Positions 50,143-61,159 of a stretch of DNA of 64,000 bases are shown piece by piece (the first letter of the stretch is position 1; each line of letters starts with the position of its first letter). The DNA is taken from IMG/VR virus record IMGVR_UViG_3300046171_000197. One strand, given 5' to 3'. Below the pieces are notes generated by a model. It was not told the origin of the DNA, did no database searches, and saw only the letters and a program-made list of their open reading frames with translations. The translations under genes and the position numbers were made by a program. This stretch comes from a virus.

Positions 50143-52662
50143 GTGGCGTTAAAAAAACCGAGTGAATTATTTGGGAAGAAGGGAGACAACTCAAAGATCT
50201 CTGAGAATATTAATGGAAACCTTAATAATATAAAACAACAGTTTGATAAAGTAGAAGAATTAAAGAAAGAATTAGAGGGTGTTACCAATTCGATTGATAA
50301 CTCATTGTCTAAAGTTGTAGATAATAGTGTAAATTTTGTAGAGTTTAAAGAAGAATATTCAGAGTTAATCGATAACTTAAACGTAAAGATAGAAGGTATA
50401 AAGGAAGACTTTGATGATAAAATTGATGAACTTCGAGCAGCTCATCTTACACTCAATACAGAGATTACAATACTTGACAAGAGACAGAATAGTTTACATA
50501 TCCGTGGACTTAAAGATGAGGTAATAGAAGAACTACAAAATATACTGAATGGTAATGTTTACCAAAATATTAGAAGTCTTGAAGAGAAGTTTGATAGTAT
50601 AAACGAAAAACAATTACAGAACCTACAAGAGGGTTTACTTAATGAACCACCTAACGTAGATAATTCAGATCCTCTTACACCACTTGATAAGAAGTATGTA
50701 ACTCTTGATGAGTTCCAAGAACAATATAAGTTATTCATAAACAGAATACAGAAACAACTATCTACCTTCGGTGGTGGTGGTGCTGTACGCATTCAAGATT
50801 TAGATGATGTAGATATTTCAACTGCAAAAGTAAATGATAAGTTTTTAAAATATGATGCATCTGCTGGTAAGTGGGTAGGTGCTGCTGCAACTAGTAGTGG
50901 TGGTGGAGGATCTGGTATTACCACAGAGTTTGTATCTGCTCAAAATTTAAACGTTGTCGGTCTATCAACTTTTGTTGGTTTAACAACTTTTAGATCGGAT
51001 ATCCATATTATTGGTAATCAACTATTAAATATAAATGATGCTCTTGATTTTAGAGGAAACAATGGTGGTAATAGTTTTATTAATCATTACATAGACCCAA
51101 CAGGAGGAGCACCAGGAAATTTATATATTGGAAATTTATCAGGAGATATTGAAAATGATGCTATGGATAATTTTAGTGTCAAAACAAATTATTCTGAACA
51201 AGCAATACTAGCAACTAAAAATGGTTCAGTAGCTTTATATCATGATGGTGGAAATAAAAAAATAGAAACATCTAGCACTGGTGTAACGGTAACAGGAACT
51301 TTATCTGCGACATCATATAGTGGTGATGGATCAGGATTGACTGGTATTACTGGATCAGGATCTGGTGTTATAGTTCAACATGACGGATCAAATGTTGGTA
51401 CAGCAGGTACAATTAATTTCTCTACAAACTTAGATGTCACTGCAATTCATGCAGGTATTGTAACTGTTACTGCAACAGGTGGTGGAGGAGGAATCGCAGG
51501 TATTAATACTGTTGGACTCTCCTCATTCAGTAGTGTAGGTGTTGCAAAATCAATAACATTCAATCATAGTCCAGAAAATTACATTAATCATATTCCTACA
51601 TTTGGTATTCAAATTGTAAGTGGAGGTAATGGTGAAGTAATATCATACTCAGCAGATAATCATTACCTTTTAAGTGGTAATTCAATGGAGTCTTATGCAC
51701 ACTTTAATAAAGATGCACAAGTTGAATTATTCTTTAATAATTCTAAAAAATTCGAGACCAACAATACGGGAGCGGTTGTTTTAGGTGTATGCTCTGCAAC
51801 ATCATATACTGGATCAGGTGTAAATCTAACTAATTTAACTGGTGCATCTTCTGGTACTTATGGTAACGCATCAGCAGTACCAGTAATAACTGTTGATGGT
51901 AATGGAAGAATTACAGGTATCTCAACTATTGCTGGAAGTGGTAGTGGAATAACCAATGTTGTTGAAGACACCTCGCCGCAACTGGGAGGGAACCTTGATG
52001 TAAATGGGAAGGATATTGTATCTGTATCCAATGGTGATATTGAATTAGATCCAAATGGATCTGGTAAAGTTGTATTCAAAGGTAATGCAACAAAAGGATC
52101 TGGTCAAATAAAATTAAATTGTGAACAAAATTCACATGGAATAATTTTAAAAGGACCACCACATAGTGCTGCAGCAAGTTATACATTAACTTACCTAATA
52201 ATATTGTAAATGGTCAGTTCTTAAAAACAGATGGATCTGGAAATTTAAGTTGGGCCTGCAAGTGGAACTGCATCTAGAACAACAACGAATGCAAGCACTG
52301 GATCAATTGCACAAGCTGCTTCTACAAACATAACAATACCAACACCAGGTAAAACATTCTCACTCTTAAAGGTTGCAATTGATGCACCTGCATATGTGAT
52401 TTTATATACTGACTCAACTTCAAGATCAAATGATGCAAGTAGATCAGAGGGAACTGATCCAACACCTGGTTCTGGTGTTCTTACTGAAGTAAGCACAACT
52501 ACAAGTGGTGCATCCACATTCTTAATGACACCTGCTGTTCTTGGTTGGAATAACGATGGCACACCTGCGAATCAAATATATGCAAAGGTAGTTAATAAGA
52601 GAGCAACTAGTGGTAGTAACACAATCACTGTCACACTTACATCACTCGCATTAGAATCATAA
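50143..52662 (+). CDS. Coiled-coil + fibre-like virion protein (compensating indels near 52190 and 52255)
   Basis: N-terminal coiled coil, EGLLNEPP..SDPLTP, then Gly/Thr-rich fibre repeats (DLDDVD, VEDTSPQLGGNLD, LKTDGSGNLSW). Confidence 0.72.
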
Positions 52663-54632
52663 TGGCAAAAATTATTACTGATGTCTTACTAAAAGACGGA
52701 ACAGACGAAACAACTTTTATTAATGATGTAACGAGTAATGATGAAGTTGATTTAAAAGATAGAGTTACCAGTCTCAACAATATGGTTGTTTTGAGTGTTG
52801 AAGAAAATTATCTTGACACACTTAAAAGTCATGCATCTGTTTTGAATGCAGAATTTTTTGAAGATGATCCTGCACCTGTCACATATCCCTCAATACCATC
52901 AACTTATACACATAGTCAATAAATCAATAGGTGGTACAGCAGCATATACATCTGTAAGTGGGCAAAAATATCTTTCATTACAACATTATCTTGATACTGA
53001 TATTATGCCATCACCCTGATGATAGAACAGTAAATGGATATACTAGTAATAAAGTAGGTAATTCTTATTTCCAAACATCTCCAGATGGTAGATATGACTC
53101 CTACAGATATTTGGGTACAGAACCATCTAGTTCTTCGGGTCAGGCTGGCAATGATCAAACGTATTTTACAACATATACTGGAAAACATGTTGACCTTGTT
53201 GTGTTAGAGGGTGGTAGTTCAGGTTCATTACATACAGGATGGCATGACTCTCATCCAGATTATGATGATCCAGATAATCCTGGTACAACAAGAATGATTC
53301 CGATGAACTGGACAGGATTATCTAATACTGCAAATAATCAAGTAAGTAATAACACTATGCTCAATGATCACTCAGTTGGTACATTAAGTGTATCTGGTGG
53401 AGTGTATTGTGGGTTTGCAAAGAAAGCATCTATGCGAGCTTGTTATATTACTGGTGATGGTATAACCGCAGGATTAAATTCAATTAAGTCTTGGCACAAT
53501 TCTAAATCTAATAATGCAACAACTGGATTACCAAATCCAACTGTATTAATTATTGAGTGGCATTCTCCTGCAAAAAGTAAAGAAATATCCATAAGACTTG
53601 ATGATGTAATTAGTGTTACAGATCCAACTGGTGGAACTACTAATAGACCTGGTAGTGGTTGGGGAACGGATTTCACACCATTTGTATCAAGAGATATAAT
53701 TCCATTTCAACTTCTTGATCCGATTGATAATAATTGGTATTGGGTAGTCCCTATGGCAAGGCAAACTGATGCAACCTATTTTAGTGCTTTTGATCAATGT
53801 TGGGATGATGGTATTGTAATTGTTAGTAGTAATGGTAATGGAGGTAGTGTATATGCTAATCGTGATGATGCAAGATATAATGGAACATATGTTACGACTT
53901 CTGGAACAATCAATCAATATACCATGAGTTTGAATGCATCAGGAGAACAGAATGATGGATGTCAATTAATAAGAGGTTTAACATCCACAACAACTTGGTA
54001 TTGTTTAAGAGCTTACGGTCCTGGTGGCAATACGAAAGCAATCAATGTTGCTGCTGGTGGTAATAGTGGTGGAATGCCAACACTCGATGGTTACAGTTCA
54101 AGAGGATCAGGTGTTGATGTTGTAGGAAGAGGCAGTAGTACTTGGTCAGCTGGTCATCCGAGTGATACAACAATGGGTGATGGATATAAATGGAATTTGT
54201 TTGGTGGGACAAGTTGTGCTGTTCCAACAGTTGGAGGAAAGGCAGCTTGTTGGATGGAAAAATATTACACGTTAAATGGTGCATGGCCTTCACCTAATCA
54301 AGTTAAAGATGCAATGATATCAGAGGCTAAGGGCAACCCCATTATCTGTTAAGACAACAAATTGGTCAAGTGTTCCTACTGCATCAGGAACAGATATAAA
54401 TCCTCAACAGCATATTAGTTCTTCTCCATGTTTAAAAATACAAGCAGGTGTAACCGCACCAAATGCTGGTCACAGAATGGTTGATCTTGCAGGTACACCA
54501 CCTCGTCAAGCATTTTGGAATGCACAGAATTTTAACAGAGAACAAACATATAAGAAAAGACCGACAACTGGTGTGTTATTTCCAAGACCACGTAAATTTG
54601 ATATAGCACCAGTAGAACAAGCAGCTACATAA
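52662..54632 (+). CDS. Subtilisin-like (S8) protease with prodomain (several apparent indels)
   Basis: GKHVDLVVLEG, NDHSVG, SNGN, YSSRG..VDV, FGGTSCAVP; C-terminal RPTTGVLFPRPR. Confidence 0.75.
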
Positions 54633-54656
54633 ATAAAACACTTATGGGTATAAAAG

Positions 54657-55121
54657 ATGGGAGCAATGGTTCCACCGAGTCGAAAGAGTTGTTATAACTT
54701 TCGAGTAACGGAGATCAATAAGGTAGTCGATGGAGACACTATTGATGTAACAATCGATCTAGGATTTGATCTCTATAAAAAAGAAAGAGTTCGCATAGCA
54801 GGAGTCGATACACCTGAGAAACGCACTCGTGACTTGGAAGAGAAAGCATTAGGACTTGATGCCACCGAGTGGATGAAAAAAAATTTAGAAGGAGCAATTG
54901 ATGGAGATGACGAACTTTCTATACGAACTGAACTTAAAGGCGGGGTTGGTAAGTATGGCCGTTTGCTTGGTTGGTTATACGTTGGTGATGAAGAAATATC
55001 ACTCAACGAGTTGATGATCACCGAAGGGTATGCGTGGGAATACGATGGTGGTACAAAGCAAAAGAACTTTGAGGAACTCAGAGAAATACGTAGATCATTA
55101 GGTACATTAGACGAGAGTTAA
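54657..55121 (+). CDS. Staphylococcal-nuclease-like (SNase) endonuclease
   Basis: VVDGDTID, RVRIAGVDTPE, GKYGRLL, EGYAWEY. Confidence 0.92.
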   Translation: MGAMVPPSRKSCYNFRVTEINKVVDGDTIDVTIDLGFDLYKKERVRIAGVDTPEKRTRDLEEKALGLDATEWMKKNLEGAIDGDDELSIRTELKGGVGKYGRLLGWLYVGDEEISLNELMITEGYAWEYDGGTKQKNFEELREIRRSLGTLDES

Positions 55122-55122
55122 A

Positions 55123-55359
55123 ATGAAAAAATTTATTGGAACACAAATCAGCAGATTTTTCAATTCAGGAAAATGGGCATTAAAATTAATTTTTCTTGTC
55201 GTGCTTGTTGAACTAGGTATTGTTGTAGGTGCTATTGCTACACAAGAACTTGATCAAAATGATAGTAACAATATCAAACATATATTATCGTTAGTTGCTA
55301 CAAAGTCATTCGCATTATATGCTGCTGAGAAAGGAAACCCACAACCAAAAGAGGAATGA
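55123..55359 (+). CDS. Small membrane protein
   Basis: Hydrophobic segments. Confidence 0.55.
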   Translation: MKKFIGTQISRFFNSGKWALKLIFLVVLVELGIVVGAIATQELDQNDSNNIKHILSLVATKSFALYAAEKGNPQPKEE

Positions 55360-55571
55360 AGAACATCTTTAATATTATGTCAGCAGCATCTTTTGCAGGT
55401 GTTGTATTTCTCATTGGTATGACTGTCTATGCGAATGCAACTAGACAAGCACGTATTGATGAGAACAGAGAGTATATCAAAAGTGTCATAGAAAAACAAG
55501 TTTATCAATCAATACAACTAACTATGCCACCAGTGACAGGTAAAGTAAATGTCGGAAATAAAACAAATTAA
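55356..55571 (+). CDS. Small membrane protein
   Basis: N-terminal TM. Confidence 0.55.
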   Translation: MKNIFNIMSAASFAGVVFLIGMTVYANATRQARIDENREYIKSVIEKQVYQSIQLTMPPVTGKVNVGNKTN

Positions 55572-56319
55572 TGTTCCAAATATTGTAATACCAAAGTTTG
55601 GTACAAATGAGGTATGGTTAAATGGTGTGCCTTTTGTTCCTAGTAATGATCCACCTGTAACATTACAACTTGGTTTTCCGATTGTGGAAATACCTGGTTG
55701 TGTCAAGATGCACAAGGACAATCAGGATAAGGTTACACGATTACCTTTTGATAAAGATCTTGTAAATCAAGATGAGAAGGGATCTACAACCTTATGTCCA
55801 CATGGTGAGTATCCAACGTATGATGCGATGGATTATACACCAGAGCAATTAATAATTCAAAGAGAAACTCCACCACCTACTGTTGCACCACCACCAGATG
55901 TTGACCCACCAGAAGTTCCACCTACAGGAGATTTAGGTGGTGAAGAAGAAGTTGCTTGTCCTGGTCCTGGTCAATTAAGAGTTGGTGATATTACACAATC
56001 AGGTGATGAAAGAGTAATTGGTCACGAACTGAGTGTAGATGGCAAAATCTGTACTACCTTATATGAACAAACCACAGCAGCCGAAAAATTTCTTCCCTCT
56101 ACAAATCAGGCAACAACAACACTCGCAGTTGCAGTGATTGCAACAGCAGGTGCAGCTGCAACACCATTAATATTAAGAATAGTCAAACCGATACTTACAA
56201 AGATATGGAAAACGATACAAAAGAAATTAGGTAAAAAAGTTGATGTGCCTACCCGTGCAGAAATAAAATCTAATGAGTATCGTGCGAAGAAGGGTCTACC
56301 ACCTTTGAAGAAAAAGTAA
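55549..56319 (+). CDS. Conserved Pro-rich protein with C-terminal TM anchor
   Basis: GFPIVEIPGCV, paired Cys residues, LAVAVIATAGAAATPLIL, basic tail. Confidence 0.7.
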   Translation: MSEIKQINVPNIVIPKFGTNEVWLNGVPFVPSNDPPVTLQLGFPIVEIPGCVKMHKDNQDKVTRLPFDKDLVNQDEKGSTTLCPHGEYPTYDAMDYTPEQLIIQRETPPPTVAPPPDVDPPEVPPTGDLGGEEEVACPGPGQLRVGDITQSGDERVIGHELSVDGKICTTLYEQTTAAEKFLPSTNQATTTLAVAVIATAGAAATPLILRIVKPILTKIWKTIQKKLGKKVDVPTRAEIKSNEYRAKKGLPPLKKK

Positions 56320-57050
56320 TTAAGGATTACCGATAGATATAGATTTTAAATCACTTGCATTACCACTAGGTATTATAGGTTGGTAATGGTTTGTGTTCGA
56401 TTGTATGATTGTGCTCTGCAACAACACCTGGTGGATTTAATAATACTACATCAGCACATACCTTATAATATGGTGACTTGTGGATGAAACATGATGCCAG
56501 CTTTCATTAATTCACCACAGTTCTTTAATCTTGCAATCTCAAAGTCTAATCTTTTATTTGCAACTGCCTGATTCATTAAGTCAATATTTGCTGCTGCTGC
56601 CTGTTTACATTGCTCTTGTAGTTTCTTATCTAATGGTTTCGACCAAGTAGCAGAGAGACCTAGAGATACTGTACTACTATCTTTCTGTCCTGTTCTTACT
56701 GGTTTATAATATAAAATCTCACCTGGATTATCTGGCACATCATCATTATTTGCATCTACATTGTTGTACACGGGGTCCATCCATGTCTCTTCATAAGGAC
56801 GTTTGATGGCAATATTACCTGTTAGAAACGGTGTAACGTTCATGGTAGGACCTTGACATGATATACCATTTCCATATGTATTAGTTATATACGGACCTTG
56901 TAAAACCTGTATAGCTTGATTTGTGACGCTTCCAGAACTGTTTGCCACTGGATTTGCTGTCGCAGATACACCACCTATGTCACTCGCAAACGTAGGTGCT
57001 GCAGTTCCTAATAAACAGATCGAAATCAGTTTGAGAAGGTGCTTGTTGTA
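56320..57050 (-). CDS. Secreted conserved hypothetical protein (start uncertain; indel near 56475)
   Basis: Signal-like LISICLLGTAAPTFA, GGVSATANPVANSSGSVTNQAIQ, RLDFEIARLKNCGEL, continues SPYYKVCADVV. Confidence 0.65.
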
Positions 57051-57469
57051 TTTGTTACGCTTTGTATAGTTGTCGTGCGATTTATTATTGTATGATTTGA
57101 AAGACCTGGTCCAGAATAACTTTCTGTAAATTGAAAGGCATCTCCTGGCGTTGTTATTGTAAAGTTTGGTTTGTTGTTTAGATCCAAGTTCGTCCATGTT
57201 GAAGTCACTCCATTTAATGTATTACTATTTCCTGTTGTATTGGGAGCAGAAATAGTAGTCCCATCGTGGGATATATTTGTACCAGTTACCACATATTGAT
57301 AACCAGTATCATAATTCATTGAATTAATAGTTTCAGTTACGGTAGATGTTGTCTCCGTGTTGCTGGTCATCGAGCCCTGAGTAAAATTAGGAACCACAGG
57401 AACAGCATTCACAGTCCTCGCACTCGCAAGGGCAGACACACCCACAACAATCGCAAGTAGTCTTTTCAT
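57026..57469 (-). CDS. Secreted Thr/Ser-rich hypothetical protein
   Basis: Signal peptide ending VNA; VPVVPNFTQGSMTS; PGDAFQFTESY. Confidence 0.75.
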   Translation of the reverse strand: MKRLLAIVVGVSALASARTVNAVPVVPNFTQGSMTSNTETTSTVTETINSMNYDTGYQYVVTGTNISHDGTTISAPNTTGNSNTLNGVTSTWTNLDLNNKPNFTITTPGDAFQFTESYSGPGLSNHTIINRTTTIQSVTNTTSTFSN

Positions 57470-57475
57470 CTGTCA

Positions 57476-57964
57476 TTAGTTAATTGTCAATTCGTTTACA
57501 AACTGGCCAGTAGCCACAGTACCTGCTCCACCTGCTGTTACCGTAATGACACCAGCACTTGTGATAGTACCAGCTAATGTATCTTTTGCACCAGAAGCAG
57601 TCGATACCTGACTTGAGAAGTTACCGACAGCACCTACAGTTGGTGCAGATGTTGGAACTGCGTCTGCTTGAATATAAGAACTACTAAAGCTGAAAGCTGC
57701 TCCTGCTGTGTCTTGAGTTGCTGCAATTGTACCTGGTGCATATACACCTGATGTGATAGTACCTGCAGAAACTGTACCTGCTGTTGTACCATCAGTTGTA
57801 TCAATGTTTGAACCTGATATGGTAAACGTTGATCCAACTCTGTCAACCTGAGTTGCTGCTGCGTTCACACTCAATTGAACACTACTTGATAATTTATGAG
57901 TCAAATCTGCCATTGCAGGTGAACTAAAACCCGCTAACAATAATATAGGTAATAGTTTTTTCAT
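57476..57964 (-). CDS. Secreted Ala/Thr/Gly-rich hypothetical protein
   Basis: Signal peptide ending AMA; SSVQLSV; AGAAFSFSSSY; CTAAATA late promoter on minus strand at 57993-57999. Confidence 0.75.
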   Translation of the reverse strand: MKKLLPILLLAGFSSPAMADLTHKLSSSVQLSVNAAATQVDRVGSTFTISGSNIDTTDGTTAGTVSAGTITSGVYAPGTIAATQDTAGAAFSFSSSYIQADAVPTSAPTVGAVGNFSSQVSTASGAKDTLAGTITSAGVITVTAGGAGTVATGQFVNELTIN

Positions 57965-58038
57965 CTGTATTTGTACCTATTTGATATAGCTTTATTTAGC
58001 GTCCAAATATTTACATATTATAACATTAAATTAAAAGC

Positions 58039-58067
58039 TTGACAACTGTATCAACATACACTATAGT
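58039..58067 (+). promoter_or_regulatory. sigma70-like promoter for manA-like RNA / talC
   Basis: TTGACA-17-TATAGT; TGTAT-N4-ATACA inverted repeat in the spacer. Confidence 0.75.
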
Positions 58068-58073
58068 ATGTTT

Positions 58074-58255
58074 GTTGGACGCAACATAGGGAGTGACTGA
58101 ATAAACTTACTGGCAACCGCTGGTTAAGGTGATGAGACACAGGTGGTGCTGCTGCGAAAGCAGAATCGACTTACCAGTCGGGTCTCAGGCAAGAATGTAT
58201 TTACTCTGTAGTAATGCCCATTCTTTGTTGGTATACAGGAACCCAACCTCCCCTC
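58074..58255 (+). ncRNA. manA RNA motif (structured cyanobacterial/cyanophage RNA)
   Basis: GTTG/CAAC 5' hairpin, GGGAG...CTCCC closing stem, GAGAC/GTCTC, CTGC-GAAA-GCAG, CGACT/AGTCG; sequence recognised from memory as manA-like; sits upstream of a sugar-metabolism gene. Confidence 0.75.
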
Positions 58256-58326
58256 TTCTTTTTAAGACCTAAGATGCAACTCAATAGAGTCGGGCAGATG
58301 GTCTTCTTTTTTTACCTATTAATTAA

Positions 58327-58977
58327 ATGAAAATATTTTTAGATACCGCAAACACAACTGAGATACAAGACGGATATAATACAGGACTTATAGATGGGAT
58401 TACTACCAACCCAACTTTGATTATGAAGAGTGGTAGAGATCCAGAAGAAGTATATCAAGAACTGATTGACATGGGATTAACTGATGTCAGTATGGAAGTT
58501 GTAGGAAATCGAAAAGAGATGTATGAGGAAGGAATAAGATTATCAGAAAAGTTTGATAGGTATGCAACAATCAAAGTTCCTTGTACACCTGATGGTCTTG
58601 CAGTTTGTAGAGAACTATCAAGACAATTAATCAGAGTCAATGTAACTCTTATCTTCTCAGTTTCACAAGCAATACTATCTGCCAAGGCAGGTGCAAATTA
58701 TGTATCACCATTTGTAGGAAGAGTCGATGACAATTCTTTTGGTGGTCTATGTCTGATAAAGGATATATCAAATACATTTACAAAGCAGAACTGGAAGAGA
58801 ACAGAAATACTTGCTGCATCGATTCGTAATGTCAGAGATGTAGGTCGTGCTTTTGAATATGGTGCGGATATTTGTACAATTCCTACATCAGTATTCAATA
58901 AGATGTATAATCATATTCTTACTGATAAAGGGTTAGAACTCTTTGAAAATGATTGGAAATCAACACAAAATGTATAG
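58327..58977 (+). CDS. talC: Transaldolase (TalC/MipB family)
   Basis: IFLDTAN, GITTNPTL, TIKVP, NVTLIFS, YVSPFVGR, LAASIR. Confidence 0.96.
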   Translation: MKIFLDTANTTEIQDGYNTGLIDGITTNPTLIMKSGRDPEEVYQELIDMGLTDVSMEVVGNRKEMYEEGIRLSEKFDRYATIKVPCTPDGLAVCRELSRQLIRVNVTLIFSVSQAILSAKAGANYVSPFVGRVDDNSFGGLCLIKDISNTFTKQNWKRTEILAASIRNVRDVGRAFEYGADICTIPTSVFNKMYNHILTDKGLELFENDWKSTQNV

Positions 58978-58978
58978 C

Positions 58979-59007
58979 TTGACACAATTTTGATCCTATG
59001 GTATACT
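58979..59007 (+). promoter_or_regulatory. sigma70-like promoter with overlapping late motif
   Basis: TTGACA-17-TATACT, then CTAAATA at 59006. Confidence 0.75.
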
Positions 59008-59023
59008 AAATACCATTACATAA

Positions 59024-59118
59024 ACGAAGGACTCGAAAGATCGTAACCCTGCGTAGAATGTAAAAATCTTGTCGAAAGATTTTCCATCCGCAGGTTTTTT
59101 AATGCCTAGCGAGATACT
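59024..59118 (+). ncRNA. Candidate structured 5' leader RNA, family unassigned
   Basis: ACGA..TC-GAAA-GA-TCGT hairpin; CCTGCG/CGCAGG stem enclosing AAATCTT/AAGATTT; T run; competing GCAGGT/GCCTAGC pairing. Confidence 0.55.
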
Positions 59119-59127
59119 TTTAAAAAA

Positions 59128-59487
59128 ATGATTAAATCAACAATCGCTGCAGTAGCAGCATCTCCATTCCTATTCGCAGGTGCAGCATTTGCTGGTCCAT
59201 ACGTTAATTTGGAAGCAACTGGTTCATACCCTGATGGCACCTACACATCTGGTGGACTAGAAGCAGTAGTTGGATACGAAGGAGCAACAGAAGGAGGAAT
59301 CGGTTGGTACGTTTCTGGTGGTCCTACAGTTACTCATACAGAATCTTCTGATGAGTTCGGTGATGTAGAATTCATTGGATACCTTGGTGGTTCTTATGAT
59401 AAGTTCTACGGAGAAATCTCTGGTGTAACAACTCCTAGTGACGATATTGACTTCTCTGCTAAAGCAGGTGTTAAGTTCGTTTTCTAA
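59128..59487 (+). CDS. Small outer-membrane beta-barrel-like protein
   Basis: Signal peptide ending AFA; alternating beta strands; C-terminal AGVKFVF ending in Phe. Confidence 0.72.
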   Translation: MIKSTIAAVAASPFLFAGAAFAGPYVNLEATGSYPDGTYTSGGLEAVVGYEGATEGGIGWYVSGGPTVTHTESSDEFGDVEFIGYLGGSYDKFYGEISGVTTPSDDIDFSAKAGVKFVF

Positions 59488-59507
59488 GTTAAAGTAACGA
59501 CTTATAC

Positions 59508-59537
59508 AAGACCTCTACATAGTAGGGGTCTTTTTTT
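59508..59537 (+). terminator. Rho-independent terminator
   Basis: aagacctctac-ata-gtaggggtctt + T run. Confidence 0.88.
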
Positions 59538-59870
59538 ATATAATGAATCTACTCAAGCATCCGTTGTTTCAGATCAATATGATATTGGTTTGTGCTCTTG
59601 TGTTCATAGAGTTATTACACGTTAATTATCACAGAACAGCACCACCTTGTCCCTGTGCAGCAAATAGAAATGGAAGATGATTGGTGATATATAGTTGTGA
59701 TATCATAACAATTAAATGAATCGCAAAGCAAAATCAATATTAAAGATAGTAGTCCCAGTTGCCATTATGGTTCAACTGGCTGCTATCATTTTTTTGTTGA
59801 GCAAAGAGAAGGCATTTAATTGTAGATTGTATGATAAAGGCGCAATAGCTTGTAGACAAATAAAATTGTA

Positions 59871-60128
59871 ATGGAACCAATTAGAATAAGATGCCGCTCC
59901 TGTGGAAAGGAGGTAATAGGTGTGTCTGGTAAATCAGTATGTTGTGGTTGCTCAAACATGACAACAGTTTATAATGATCGTATATCCGCAAAGAATATGG
60001 ATAAGGTTATTATGTTGAGTAACTATTCAAATCCTAAATCAAAGAGTCTCTTTACTGGAGATGAATTAGAATGGCAAGAGAAAAGAAACCAACGCAGAGT
60101 CCGTAAATTAGACTTTGAAGTCAGGTAG
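59871..60128 (+). CDS. Cys-rich (zinc-finger-like) hypothetical protein
   Basis: CRSC...CCGC; RRVRKLDFEVR. Confidence 0.65.
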   Translation: MEPIRIRCRSCGKEVIGVSGKSVCCGCSNMTTVYNDRISAKNMDKVIMLSNYSNPKSKSLFTGDELEWQEKRNQRRVRKLDFEVR

Positions 60129-60152
60129 TATAAATAATAAAAAAGTATATTA

Positions 60153-61140
60153 ATGGCTAGTAATCTTCGAGTAGATAGTATAGTTCCAGCAACGGGTAGT
60201 AGTGTTTCAATCGGAACAGCAACTGGTGGTGTTAATATACCTGGCGTATTGACATATGAAGATGTAACGAATGTAGATTCAGTCGGTGTTATAACAGCAA
60301 GAAGTGGAATAAGAATAGGAGCAACGGGTGCGAATTCAATAATCAATGGAAATGCTGATGGAATAGGAATCAATACTGCTGCAAGCGAGTAGTTTGGGAC
60401 TCGAAATAGCATCACCATTTAATGATATTGCAAGGATAACTGGTCCTAATTCTGGTAATATTACTTTTAGAAATGCCACTGCGAATGAGGTGATATTACA
60501 TACTGGTAATTCAGATGCCTTAATATTTGGAACTAATGGAAATAATGAGAGGATTCGTATTGGTACTGCAGGTCAAATCGGTATTGCTGGTGCAAACTAT
60601 GGAACATCGGGTCAAGTATTAACAAGTCAAGGTGCAAGTTCAGCAGTTGCATGGAGCACTATCAGTGCAGGAACAGAAGTATATGATACTTGGATATATA
60701 CTGCTGAAACAAATGTCTACGCAGTTGGTAATTATTTAACATCAAACTGGTCACGATTTGGTGATAATATTGGATCAGCAATAACACAAAGTTCTGGTGT
60801 ATTTTCATTCCCATCAACAGGATACTATCAAGTGACATTCACTTGCAATTTCTTTGAGAGAAATGGTCCTGATAACATCTGCTACATTTATATACAGACA
60901 ACAACTGATAATAATGCATCTGCTTATGTCACTAGGGCTGCATCTCTTGAAAATATAACAGACAGAACTGGAGATACTTATGCCACTTGTCATGCTCATA
61001 TTCTATTTGATGTCACGAACACGACTACCCATAAAGTAAGATTTTTCTGTGGATCTGATGATAGTGGTGATGTAAGAATTGCTGGTGCATCAAGTTATCA
61101 GTCAGTTTATGCAACCTTCCAAAAAATGGCTAACACCTAA
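60153..61140 (+). CDS. Tail-fibre-like protein (apparent indel near 60385)
   Basis: Late promoter; GVLTYEDVTNVDSVGVITARSG, ERIRI, YGTSGQVLTSQG, SGVFSFPSTGYY. Confidence 0.72.
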
Positions 61141-61159
61141 TTATAAATAATTAAAAAGA

